Shown one piece after another: positions 27,033-34,057 of a stretch of DNA of 64,000 nucleotides. The notes beneath the pieces were generated by a model. That model was not told the origin of the DNA. It ran no database searches and was given only the letters and a program-made list of their open reading frames with translations. Source of the stretch: Candidatus Amesbacteria bacterium RIFOXYB1_FULL_44_23. Lineage in GTDB: Bacteria; Patescibacteriota; Microgenomatia; CAZETR01; Amesbacteraceae. Positions within the stretch are counted from its first letter, which is position 1. Each line of letters starts with the position of its first letter. Made by a program: the position numbers and the translations under genes. The DNA lies in assembly GCA_001773775.1 (NCBI GenBank), contig MEXR01000032.1:7266-71265 (forward strand), written 5' to 3'.

Positions 27033-27041
27033 ATATTACGT

Positions 27042-27968
27042 TTATGCAAAAAGTTTTGTTATTTCCGAATCCCATGATTCAGTATGGATAACTCTTTTGA
27101 TCGATAAATTGCCTTGTATTATCTGTGCTTTGGTGAGTTTGGAAAGGGTTTCCCAGTTGTTCCCAAATACGTAAGTGGCGTTGCCATACTTGATGCACTC
27201 GAGTAGGTAAAAGCCTCTTTGCCCAAAGCCAAAAACTACATACCCCTGAAAACCGCCAAAACCAATGGCGTGTAGGGTGGGTTTGTAACTTCGAATTTTG
27301 TCTACCCTATGTGTAGCCCATGGCTGGTTACCTTTGGGTAGCTGATTTATGACCGTTTTTAATCTATCGGACACCCTTTCCCAGGGGTATTCACCTGGTG
27401 GGAGTATTTCCCAGTTGAGTCTTACTTCTTTAGGTGAAAAGTAACCTTCGAGATTATTGGAGACAATGTCGAATTCACCAAAAATTTCAAGCATCAAGTT
27501 TGCGAGGTGGAGAACTTCCTTTTCGTTTTCTGGTTTGCTTTGAACTACCCGGCTGGAAAACATGAGTTCGCCTGTTGGAGTTTGAAGTATTTCGAGTTCT
27601 TCTGAGGGTGGTAGCACTTTTTCTCTGGGATATCTTTGGTAAGGAACATCAACAAATTTGCTCATTGGAACTGTGTTGTAACGGCCGTCCCATTGTTTCC
27701 AATGCCACTTGACTGTGCGGTAAGCAGTTTCCATTGGTAGATCAGTTCTTTTTATTTCCTTGCCCAGGGCATTGAATCTGGTAGTTGGGCCAAATGTGGG
27801 TGGGGGGAGTATTTTGTGACCTACTGAAATGGGTAAGTTGAAACCAATTCTAATGGCTATCTGGTCAGTGGTGGAGTTGGTGGTGGCAATGAGTCGAAAT
27901 TGTTCACCTGGTTTTAAGAATCCAAAATAAGACTTGTAATCGTGGATTGACGTCTTTTTAATCTTCAT
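27042..27968 (-). CDS. Hypothetical 308-aa protein (first gene of the LexA-divergent cassette); no recognisable family
   Basis: Long clean ORF, AT-rich, with Gly/aromatic-rich C-terminal motifs (GFGGFQGYVVFGFGQRGFYLLE). Transcribed divergently from the LexA-like repressor across an 83-nt region containing palindromes. Confidence 0.55.
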   Translation of the reverse strand: MKIKKTSIHDYKSYFGFLKPGEQFRLIATTNSTTDQIAIRIGFNLPISVGHKILPPPTFGPTTRFNALGKEIKRTDLPMETAYRTVKWHWKQWDGRYNTVPMSKFVDVPYQRYPREKVLPPSEELEILQTPTGELMFSSRVVQSKPENEKEVLHLANLMLEIFGEFDIVSNNLEGYFSPKEVRLNWEILPPGEYPWERVSDRLKTVINQLPKGNQPWATHRVDKIRSYKPTLHAIGFGGFQGYVVFGFGQRGFYLLECIKYGNATYVFGNNWETLSKLTKAQIIQGNLSIKRVIHTESWDSEITKLFA

Positions 27969-27979
27969 GAGGCTGATTG

Positions 27980-27996
27980 TACCACAATTTCTGGTA
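27980..27996. promoter_or_regulatory. Candidate LexA operator palindrome TACCA-N7-TGGTA (second palindrome CAAGA-N4-TCTTG at 28001..28014)
   Basis: Perfect inverted repeats in the divergent intergenic region between the cassette and the lexA-like gene. Confidence 0.3.
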
Positions 27997-28051
27997 AATG
28001 CAAGATTGTTCTTGTATAGTGTGTTATGATTTAATACGATTGAAAGGCATT

Positions 28052-28669
28052 ATGGTAGGATTACATCCAAGGCAAATAAAAATTCTGGAGCTGCTGAAAG
28101 GTGGTGATGGCCAGGGTTTAAGCGTGAGGGAGATTCAGAACTTACTTGGGATTTCCTCACCAAGTGTTGTTCAGCACCACATTGTTCAATTGGAGCGGAA
28201 GGGTTATCTTCGCAGAAATCCTAATAACCCTCAGGATTTTCAGGTTTTGGCTGATAGCCCTGATAGGGAAGTGACCTATTTGAACGTTTATGGGTTGGCT
28301 CAGTGTGGTCCAGGAGGGAGAATTCTTGATGGCAATCCCATTGAGAGAGTTCCCATCAGCTCAAAATTGCTTGGATTCTCCTCCTCGGAAGCATTTATGG
28401 TTAAGGCGAAAGGAGATTCGATGGTGCCACTTATTGCTGAGAACGACTATGTGGTTGCTAGGGTAACGAATGACAAACCACCTGGGGGTGAAATTGTTGT
28501 TGCTGTCAATGATGGTAATGCGACAATAAAAAAAATAAATTATTCAGGAGGTGAGGTTGTCTTGTCGTCTATTAACAGGGATTATTCGCCAATGATTGTA
28601 TCGCCAGATTTCAGGGTGGAGGGTGTAGTTAGAGGTGTATATAAATATGCCAATCCCACGGTAAAATAA
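28052..28669 (+). CDS. lexA: LexA-type transcriptional repressor (wHTH + S24 peptidase)
   Basis: N-terminal LexA DNA-binding domain (RQIKILELL...GLSVREIQNLLGISSPSVVQHHIVQLERKGYLRR). S24 catalytic Ser in GDSM and Lys in ...NATIKK. Start trimmed to MVGLHP; the upstream in-frame extension from 27998 would overlap the promoter palindromes. Confidence 0.8.
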   Translation: MVGLHPRQIKILELLKGGDGQGLSVREIQNLLGISSPSVVQHHIVQLERKGYLRRNPNNPQDFQVLADSPDREVTYLNVYGLAQCGPGGRILDGNPIERVPISSKLLGFSSSEAFMVKAKGDSMVPLIAENDYVVARVTNDKPPGGEIVVAVNDGNATIKKINYSGGEVVLSSINRDYSPMIVSPDFRVEGVVRGVYKYANPTVK

Positions 28670-28769
28670 TTTATGGCGAAAATATCATGGTCGGAGGCAT
28701 TGGCTGATTATTTGGGGGGATGAGACGTCGAGTTACCAATCCTTGGTGGGGAAATTTGGGGTATCGAAG

Positions 28770-28840
28770 CAGGGACGGGAGGAATCGAACCTCCACTAGA
28801 GCTTTTGGAGAGCCCAGGTCTACCATTAACCTACGTCCCT
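28770..28840 (-). tRNA. tRNA-Trp (anticodon CCA)
   Basis: Hand-folded cloverleaf: acceptor AGGGACG/CGTCCCT, D-arm, anticodon stem GGGCT/AGCTC with loop CUCCAAA, T-arm GGAGG-TTCGATT-CCTCC. CCA not encoded. Confidence 0.75.
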
Positions 28841-28881
28841 AGACAGTTTAATTTTACAGGAGTTGCTGAAGAAAGAGAAGC

Positions 28882-29055
28882 TTACTTGAGTTTGGCGTTT
28901 TCCTTGTGGGTGGTGTGCTTTCGGCACTTCTTACAGAATTTATCCAACTGGATTTTTTCGGGGACGTTAACCTTGTTACGTTCTCCGATATAGTTTTGGG
29001 TTTTGCAGACGCTGCAAACAAAACCAAAGATCTGACGGGCACCTTTTTTGGCCAT
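28882..29055 (-). CDS. rpmG: 50S ribosomal protein L33
   Basis: Hand translation gives MAKKGARQIFGFVCSVCKTQNYIGERNKVNVPEKIQLDKFCKKCRKHTTHKENAKLK (57 aa), the canonical L33 zinc ribbon. It was missed by the ORF track (<60 aa); the track ORFs 28854..29042(-) and 28805..28993(+) are wrong-frame artefacts. Confidence 0.85.
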   Translation of the reverse strand: MAKKGARQIFGFVCSVCKTQNYIGERNKVNVPEKIQLDKFCKKCRKHTTHKENAKLK

Positions 29056-29090
29056 AGTTTTGTGATTTTACTCGAAACTGCCTCCCATGT

Positions 29091-29501
29091 CTATTGGGTG
29101 ACTGGCGGAACTGGGGTAGCAGCCGCTGGTTGGGTTGGCATGTTCCAGGCCGGAGAAACTGGAGCCGGAGCACTTGAGAGCGGTGCTTGTGGCATTGTTG
29201 CCGGAGCCATGGGAACTACGGGTTCTGGGGCTACTGGAGCTATGACAACCGGTTCCGGAGCCATTACCGGTGGTGGGGTCACGACAGGGGTCGGACTGAA
29301 AACCGGAGTGGGGGGAACGCTGACTGTGGCTGCTGCCTGGTCAATACTGGCCTGAGCCTGACTGACGTCTGGGGCGACTGAGGCTGCTGTGGTTGCGGTA
29401 GAGTTTTCTACGCCACAACGTTCGCATACCCAAACAGTGCGGCCATCGTTGGTGGTAACAGCTTGACAGTTGACGCAGTTAATTGGTTGTTGAGGATCCA
29501 A
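29091..29501 (-). CDS. Zinc-ribbon (CxxC...CxxC) protein with long Pro/Ala/Val-rich tail, hypothetical
   Basis: N-terminal CVNCQAVTTNDGRTVWVCERCG followed by a PTPVVTPPPVMAPEPVV low-complexity region; immediately upstream of rpmG on the same strand. Confidence 0.45.
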   Translation of the reverse strand: MDPQQPINCVNCQAVTTNDGRTVWVCERCGVENSTATTAASVAPDVSQAQASIDQAAATVSVPPTPVFSPTPVVTPPPVMAPEPVVIAPVAPEPVVPMAPATMPQAPLSSAPAPVSPAWNMPTQPAAATPVPPVTQ

Positions 29502-29604
29502 AAAAATTCACCCCCTGATAAATTGCGCGAAAATAAATTGCGCAATAGCCTGTTAACTATATGTGATAATTGACACCCCGGTCAAGACACAACACAATGG
29601 ATAG

Positions 29605-30816
29605 GTGGACTACGCAAGTAAGTTGGGGGGAATGCAAAGCTTTTCATTGTCGGGAATGTCTTCCCCGGTTGAGATTGTGGACCAGGTGATCGGTCAGGCG
29701 GTAAAAGATTCGGCTTCGGATATTTTGTTTGAGCCTCAGGAGAAAGATGTGGCGGTCAGACTGAGAGTAGATGGAGTGCTGCAGGTGGTGGGAGTAATGC
29801 CGCACGGAGCTTACGATCAGGTGCTGTCAAGAATCAAGGTGTTGGGAAATATGGACGTAACTGAAAGCAGGAAACCTCAGGAATCAAAGATAAGATTTGA
29901 AGTGGACGGGCATCCGTATGTGCTAAGGGCTGCTATTGTATCTACCAATTTCGGACAAATGGTGGCTTTAAGAGTTCTTGACGCCCCTAAATTCACTGAA
30001 TTTACGGATTTGGGAATGTCGGCTGACCTGTCAGATAAAATCAAAAAGAACATTTCCGGGAGATACGGATTGTTTTTGGTCTGCGGACCGACGGGATCCG
30101 GAAAAACTACAACGGTGCATGCCTGTTTGAAGCATTTAAATGATGGGGAAGTAAATATCATGACCTTGGAAGACCCGATTGAATACATCATGGGCGGAAT
30201 TAATCAGATGCAGATTGGGGAAGAGGTGGGATTGGACTTTGTTTCCGGACTGAAACTTATTTTGCGACTGAATCCGGACATTGTTTTTGTGGGAGAAATC
30301 CGGGATGCGGAAACGGCCCGGATTGCGGTTCAGGCATCACTGACCGGGCATTTGGTTATTTCAACAATTCACGCCCGAAACAGTGTGGGAGCGTTGTACA
30401 GATTGATAGATTTGGGAGTGGACCGATACATGATCAATTACGCCCTGCGGGCAATTGTGTCACAAAGGCTGATGCGGCGGGTGTGTGACCACTGTAAGGA
30501 AGAGTATGCACCGGAACAAACTGAGGTGAAGGCATATGTCACCGAAAAAGGAGCACCGCCTTCAAGGCTTGTGCATGGAAGGGGATGTGATTTGTGTAAT
30601 CAGACCAAGTATCGGGGCAGGGTGGGAATTTACGAGCTGTTAGAAATGGACGATGGTGTAAGGCAAATGGTGACTTCAGTGGCATCAGAATCAGAATTCA
30701 GGGCTGGTTTAAACAGTAAAGGTTGGGTGGGAATGAACCACGAGGGGATTAGACTGGTGGATGAAGGAGTAACTTCACTGCGGGAGTTTGTGAGAACAAT
30801 GTACGATGCGAGGTAA
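29605..30816 (+). CDS. Type II/IV secretion ATPase (PilB/GspE family)
   Basis: Walker A LVCGPTGSGKTTT, Asp box TLEDPIE, Walker B VGEIRD, His box, C-terminal tetracysteine (CDHC...CDLC). At 403 aa it is short. Confidence 0.8.
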   Translation: MDYASKLGGMQSFSLSGMSSPVEIVDQVIGQAVKDSASDILFEPQEKDVAVRLRVDGVLQVVGVMPHGAYDQVLSRIKVLGNMDVTESRKPQESKIRFEVDGHPYVLRAAIVSTNFGQMVALRVLDAPKFTEFTDLGMSADLSDKIKKNISGRYGLFLVCGPTGSGKTTTVHACLKHLNDGEVNIMTLEDPIEYIMGGINQMQIGEEVGLDFVSGLKLILRLNPDIVFVGEIRDAETARIAVQASLTGHLVISTIHARNSVGALYRLIDLGVDRYMINYALRAIVSQRLMRRVCDHCKEEYAPEQTEVKAYVTEKGAPPSRLVHGRGCDLCNQTKYRGRVGIYELLEMDDGVRQMVTSVASESEFRAGLNSKGWVGMNHEGIRLVDEGVTSLREFVRTMYDAR

Positions 30817-30827
30817 TAGAAGTGAGC

Positions 30828-30902
30828 TGGAGCCTGGAGTGAGAATCGGACTCACGACTTCATTCTTACCAAGAATGCGTTCTGCCACTGAACTACCCAG
30901 GC
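30828..30902 (-). tRNA. tRNA-Thr (anticodon GGU), CCA encoded
   Basis: Hand-folded: acceptor GCCTGGG/TCCAGGC, D-arm GTTC-AGTGGCA-GAAC, anticodon stem CATTC/GAATG with loop UUGGUAA, T-arm GTGAG-TCCGATT-CTCAC, 3' CCA. Confidence 0.75.
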
Positions 30903-30958
30903 GACGTAATTATTATATCTGACTAAATGCTGATGTGAAGAGTTAAAGACCCTTTAGA

Positions 30959-31312
30959 CTACTTACTTTCTTTTCGGGTGTCGTAAAGTCGGCGGGTAAG
31001 ATCCTCGCTGGCCAGAATCCACTTGTGATGAGTGGTTTGGTTGACGTATTTTAGTTGAAAGCTTAGATCGAGAAGAGCGGTAATTTTAGCTATGGATAAA
31101 ATGCATTTTTCCAAAGTTTTGGGCACATCTGATTCTGAGAATCGGGTTGAACTTTCGGCAAAGTCTTCCAAAAGTGAAGTACCCAGGTTGCGAATTTGGG
31201 GAATCAAGCCTGAGCTTTCATAGCTGGGGAAACTACCGGTGAGGACAAACAGGTCTTTGGTATATTGACGGAGTTGTTCGTAAAGAACTTGATTTAGAAA
31301 TTTAAAGGACAT
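30959..31312 (-). CDS. Four-helix-bundle protein (TIGR02436-like)
   Basis: FPSYESSGLIPQIRNLGTSLLEDFAES...SESD...LSIAKITALLDL fits the FP..E..GL..Q.RRAA.S...NIAEG pattern of this family. Confidence 0.5.
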   Translation of the reverse strand: MSFKFLNQVLYEQLRQYTKDLFVLTGSFPSYESSGLIPQIRNLGTSLLEDFAESSTRFSESDVPKTLEKCILSIAKITALLDLSFQLKYVNQTTHHKWILASEDLTRRLYDTRKESK

Positions 31313-31332
31313 GATAAATTTATATCACAATT

Positions 31333-32100
31333 TTATCTGAAAGTTAGAAGAGAAGTCTCTAAAAGATCCTTGTGTTTGTCCCAGGCGGATTCGAGTGAGG
31401 TGGCGGTGACAATATACGCCCGGCTATCTTCAATGAGAATGAGTTGGATATTTTTGATGTGAAAGACACCCTGAACAAAAGTGCCGCCAATGATTCTGGC
31501 CTGGGATCCGGCTGTTGTTGTAACCGGCCGATCTTCGGTTGAGCGATAGTTTTGCAAAAGCTTGGGCAGCATCTCTTTGGTGGCGGCTACATAGGTATCC
31601 AAATCTAGACCGGGAACCGATTCTGAGGTGACGTTGATATTGGTGGTGAACTGGTTTTCGCCTTCTTTGTCCGTTTGGTTGTTAAAGAAAAAAACCAGGG
31701 TGCCAAATTGTCCGCTTTCGTCCGTTCGCCAACCTTTGGGGGCATTGATTTTGAAACCAAATTTAGAGTTGGTGTACGCAGTCTGTTCGAGAGAACTTGA
31801 AACTGATTGCTGGGTGGGAGCGGGTTTGGGATCGATAAGGAGTTCGGTTGATGGTTTTTTGGTGTTAACAAAGAAATAAATACCGATTGAAGCCAGGCTG
31901 ACTAGTAAAATAGCGATAAAGCCGGTTAAGAGGTGGTTTTTAGGACGGGGTGGGGCAATGGTGGTAGTGGCCTGAGATAGAGCTTCGTCGATGTCGTGCT
32001 GCTGCCATCCTTGTTGGATCAGGGTTTGGATGATTGATGAGGGCGATATCCCAGACTGGATTTGTTGCCTGATGTAGTCGAGCAGTTGCTGATTTGCCAT
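31333..32100 (-). CDS. Membrane-anchored hypothetical protein (256 aa)
   Basis: Start trimmed to MANQQLL... (ATG 32100..32098), because the longer track ORF (to 32235) runs through tRNA-Tyr. One TM (LLTGFIAILLVSLASIGIYFFV) and an extracytoplasmic domain. Confidence 0.5.
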   Translation of the reverse strand: MANQQLLDYIRQQIQSGISPSSIIQTLIQQGWQQHDIDEALSQATTTIAPPRPKNHLLTGFIAILLVSLASIGIYFFVNTKKPSTELLIDPKPAPTQQSVSSSLEQTAYTNSKFGFKINAPKGWRTDESGQFGTLVFFFNNQTDKEGENQFTTNINVTSESVPGLDLDTYVAATKEMLPKLLQNYRSTEDRPVTTTAGSQARIIGGTFVQGVFHIKNIQLILIEDSRAYIVTATSLESAWDKHKDLLETSLLTFR

Positions 32101-32184
32101 GGTGCCGGGAGCAGGATTCGAACCTACGTAGCCTAAGGCGCCTGATTTACAGTCAGGTGTGATTGACCGCTCCACCATCCCGGC
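32100..32184 (-). tRNA. tRNA-Tyr (anticodon GUA), long variable arm, CCA encoded
   Basis: Hand-folded: acceptor GCCGGGA/TCCCGGC, anticodon stem CCTGA/TCAGG with loop CUGUAAA, long variable arm CGCCTTAGGCTACG, T-arm with GGTTCGAATCC, 3' ACCA. Confidence 0.8.
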
Positions 32185-32274
32185 GATAATTATGATTTTA
32201 ACAAAATTCAGACGCTTCGTGTTGCTGACGGTCAAATCTTTAAGTACTTGAACTCTTGTTACTGACGAAATATA

Positions 32275-33054
32275 TCATTCCCAATCTTCGATTAGGGGTC
32301 GATATTCTCTTTGAATTTCTAAATATGATTTTTTGAGAATGACTTCAAGTTTTATCTGGGGGAATAGATGTCTAAATAAAGCATCTCTTTCTTGTGAATA
32401 TAAATTCATGTAGTTTTTAACTTCGATATAAGTTTTAACTTTAGGCAAATAGAAGTCTGGACGGTAGGTGTGGATTCCTAGATTAAAACGTCTGGGGGCA
32501 TATTGCCATTTAATCCCGACTAAATTGAACGTTCTGGCAAGATTGGCTTCCCATGTACTATAAAAACAAATTTTGGGATCAATATCGATTCTTACTCCAG
32601 ATTTGCCTTTTGAGGCCTTAGGCGACGTGGTTTGATGGCCAATCGTGGTTATGGCACAAAGAGAGCTACAGTATTTTCGTGACTTTGTTAAGTACCTGGC
32701 GACTTTAAATATTTGTTTACAATCAGGGTTTTGGCAGGTCAGGGTGACAAGTGGCAATTTTACTTGTTTAGGAGGTCTGATCCCGGCAAGTTTGAGACAT
32801 TTCGAAATTTTATTTCTGATTATTTCTGGCATGTGTTTTCCCGTGTTGTGAAACTGAGCCGAACATCTTCTTGAACAGAATATTTGCCTAGCGTACGGCT
32901 TTGTCTCAAAAATACTTGAACATTTTGGGTTGGGACAAACCTTGGTAATAGTGGGGCTAGTTAACTTTGTATATTTTCCAGCTAGCCAATTGGCTTTAGT
33001 AATGCGGGATTGTTTGGATCGATACGTAGGGGTTTGGTAGAACTGGGGTGCCAC
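32275..33054 (-). CDS. Zinc-finger + PD-(D/E)xK nuclease-like protein (homing-endonuclease-like), inserted within the tRNA cluster
   Basis: Duplicated C4 fingers (CPNPKCSSIF..C.RRCS and CQNPDCKQIF..CSSLC). The C-terminal TYRPDFYLP...YIEVK fits the PD...(D/E)xK nuclease core. AT-rich. Confidence 0.5.
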   Translation of the reverse strand: MAPQFYQTPTYRSKQSRITKANWLAGKYTKLTSPTITKVCPNPKCSSIFETKPYARQIFCSRRCSAQFHNTGKHMPEIIRNKISKCLKLAGIRPPKQVKLPLVTLTCQNPDCKQIFKVARYLTKSRKYCSSLCAITTIGHQTTSPKASKGKSGVRIDIDPKICFYSTWEANLARTFNLVGIKWQYAPRRFNLGIHTYRPDFYLPKVKTYIEVKNYMNLYSQERDALFRHLFPQIKLEVILKKSYLEIQREYRPLIEDWE

Positions 33055-33103
33055 ACTTTAATTATTCCGAAATTTACCCGAATGTCAAGAGAAATAGATT
33101 ATG

Positions 33104-33174
33104 AGCCGATGGGCAGAATTGAACTGCCGTCTGAGGGTTACAAAACCTCGGCTCTGCCATTGAGCTACATCGGC
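33104..33174 (-). tRNA. tRNA-Thr (anticodon UGU), tentative
   Basis: Hand-folded: acceptor GCCGATG/CATCGGC, D-arm GCTC-AATGGCA-GAGC, anticodon loop UUUGUAA, T-arm GGCAG-TTCAATT-CTGCC. There is a U-C mismatch at the 31-39 closing pair, so the anticodon call needs tRNAscan. Confidence 0.6.
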
Positions 33175-33418
33175 TTAACTAAGATGATTTTACAATAAAA
33201 AGTCCTGCCAATAGGGATGAAAGGTTTCTCCCTGAGGGAACTCAGGTGGGCGAGCTGTTCTGACAACTAATGGAGTCAGAAACGATTTCAAAAGTACTAG
33301 GACGTTTGAAATATTAAGCAAGCCCTGAGAAATTTAAATAGTCAAGGAAAACATCCTTTGCTATCCCATTTTGACAGGACCCTTTAATTATATAGGAAGA
33401 GCGCAATAGGGGAAATGG

Positions 33419-34057
33419 CTAAGGAAACAGAAAACCGAGAAGAAAATTGGCGATGGGGGAAACAAGGAGTGAGGCGATTGACGCCCCACCAATAATAGGC
33501 AGAATCAGGAGTAACAAAATAAGAGGCCGGTTTTGGTTTTGATAGCGAAGGGCGGATTCGTTGGACATGAGAAGGCCAATAATTTTAGAGCCATCCAGTG
33601 GGGGAACTGGGATTAAATTAAACAGGGCCAAGAAAATATTCAGGCGGACTAAAGAATAAACAACTGCACCTACTAGCATGGGCGGGCTGGTGAAATTTAA
33701 AACAACAGCCAATAAGACAGCCATGATTAAATTACTGGCCGGTCCGGCCAGGGCGATTAAGGCGGTATCCTTTTTGGGATTTTTTAAATTGAAGGGGTCA
33801 AAAGGGGCAGGTTTTCCCCAACCAAAAAAACCGGTGACTAAAATAACCAAAGTTCCCATGGGGTCTAAATGGGCCAGGGGATTTAAGGTAGTCCGGCCCA
33901 GGGAACGGGGAGTGGGGTCTCCCAGATAATCGGCCATGTAGGCGTGGGCTGCCTCATGAATACCGATGGCCATAATTAATCCACCGAAAATAAGCGCAAA
34001 AGCAGCCGGTGAGGAAACCAGGAGATCAAGCATTAGGGTTGGTAGTGATTTAGCCAA
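33419..34057 (-). CDS. Site-2 protease family zinc metalloprotease (peptidase M50-like)
   Basis: HExxH within a TM segment (IGIHEAAHAYMADYLG) plus a multi-TM topology. Confidence 0.6.
   Translation of the reverse strand: MAKSLPTLMLDLLVSSPAAFALIFGGLIMAIGIHEAAHAYMADYLGDPTPRSLGRTTLNPLAHLDPMGTLVILVTGFFGWGKPAPFDPFNLKNPKKDTALIALAGPASNLIMAVLLAVVLNFTSPPMLVGAVVYSLVRLNIFLALFNLIPVPPLDGSKIIGLLMSNESALRYQNQNRPLILLLLILPIIGGASIASLLVSPIANFLLGFLFP

Noticed and set aside
28805-29042. Track ORFs 28805..28993(+) and 28854..29042(-)
   Set aside because: They overlap tRNA-Trp and the true rpmG reading frame (28882..29055, 57 aa, below the track's 60-aa cutoff).
32101-32235. N-terminal 45-aa extension of the track ORF 31333..32235
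   Set aside because: The extension runs through tRNA-Tyr (32100..32184). The internal ATG at 32100..32098 gives a sensible start (MANQQLL...).
33010-33198. 62-aa plus-strand ORF
   Set aside because: It overlaps the hand-folded tRNA-Thr(UGU) on the opposite strand and has no supporting features.
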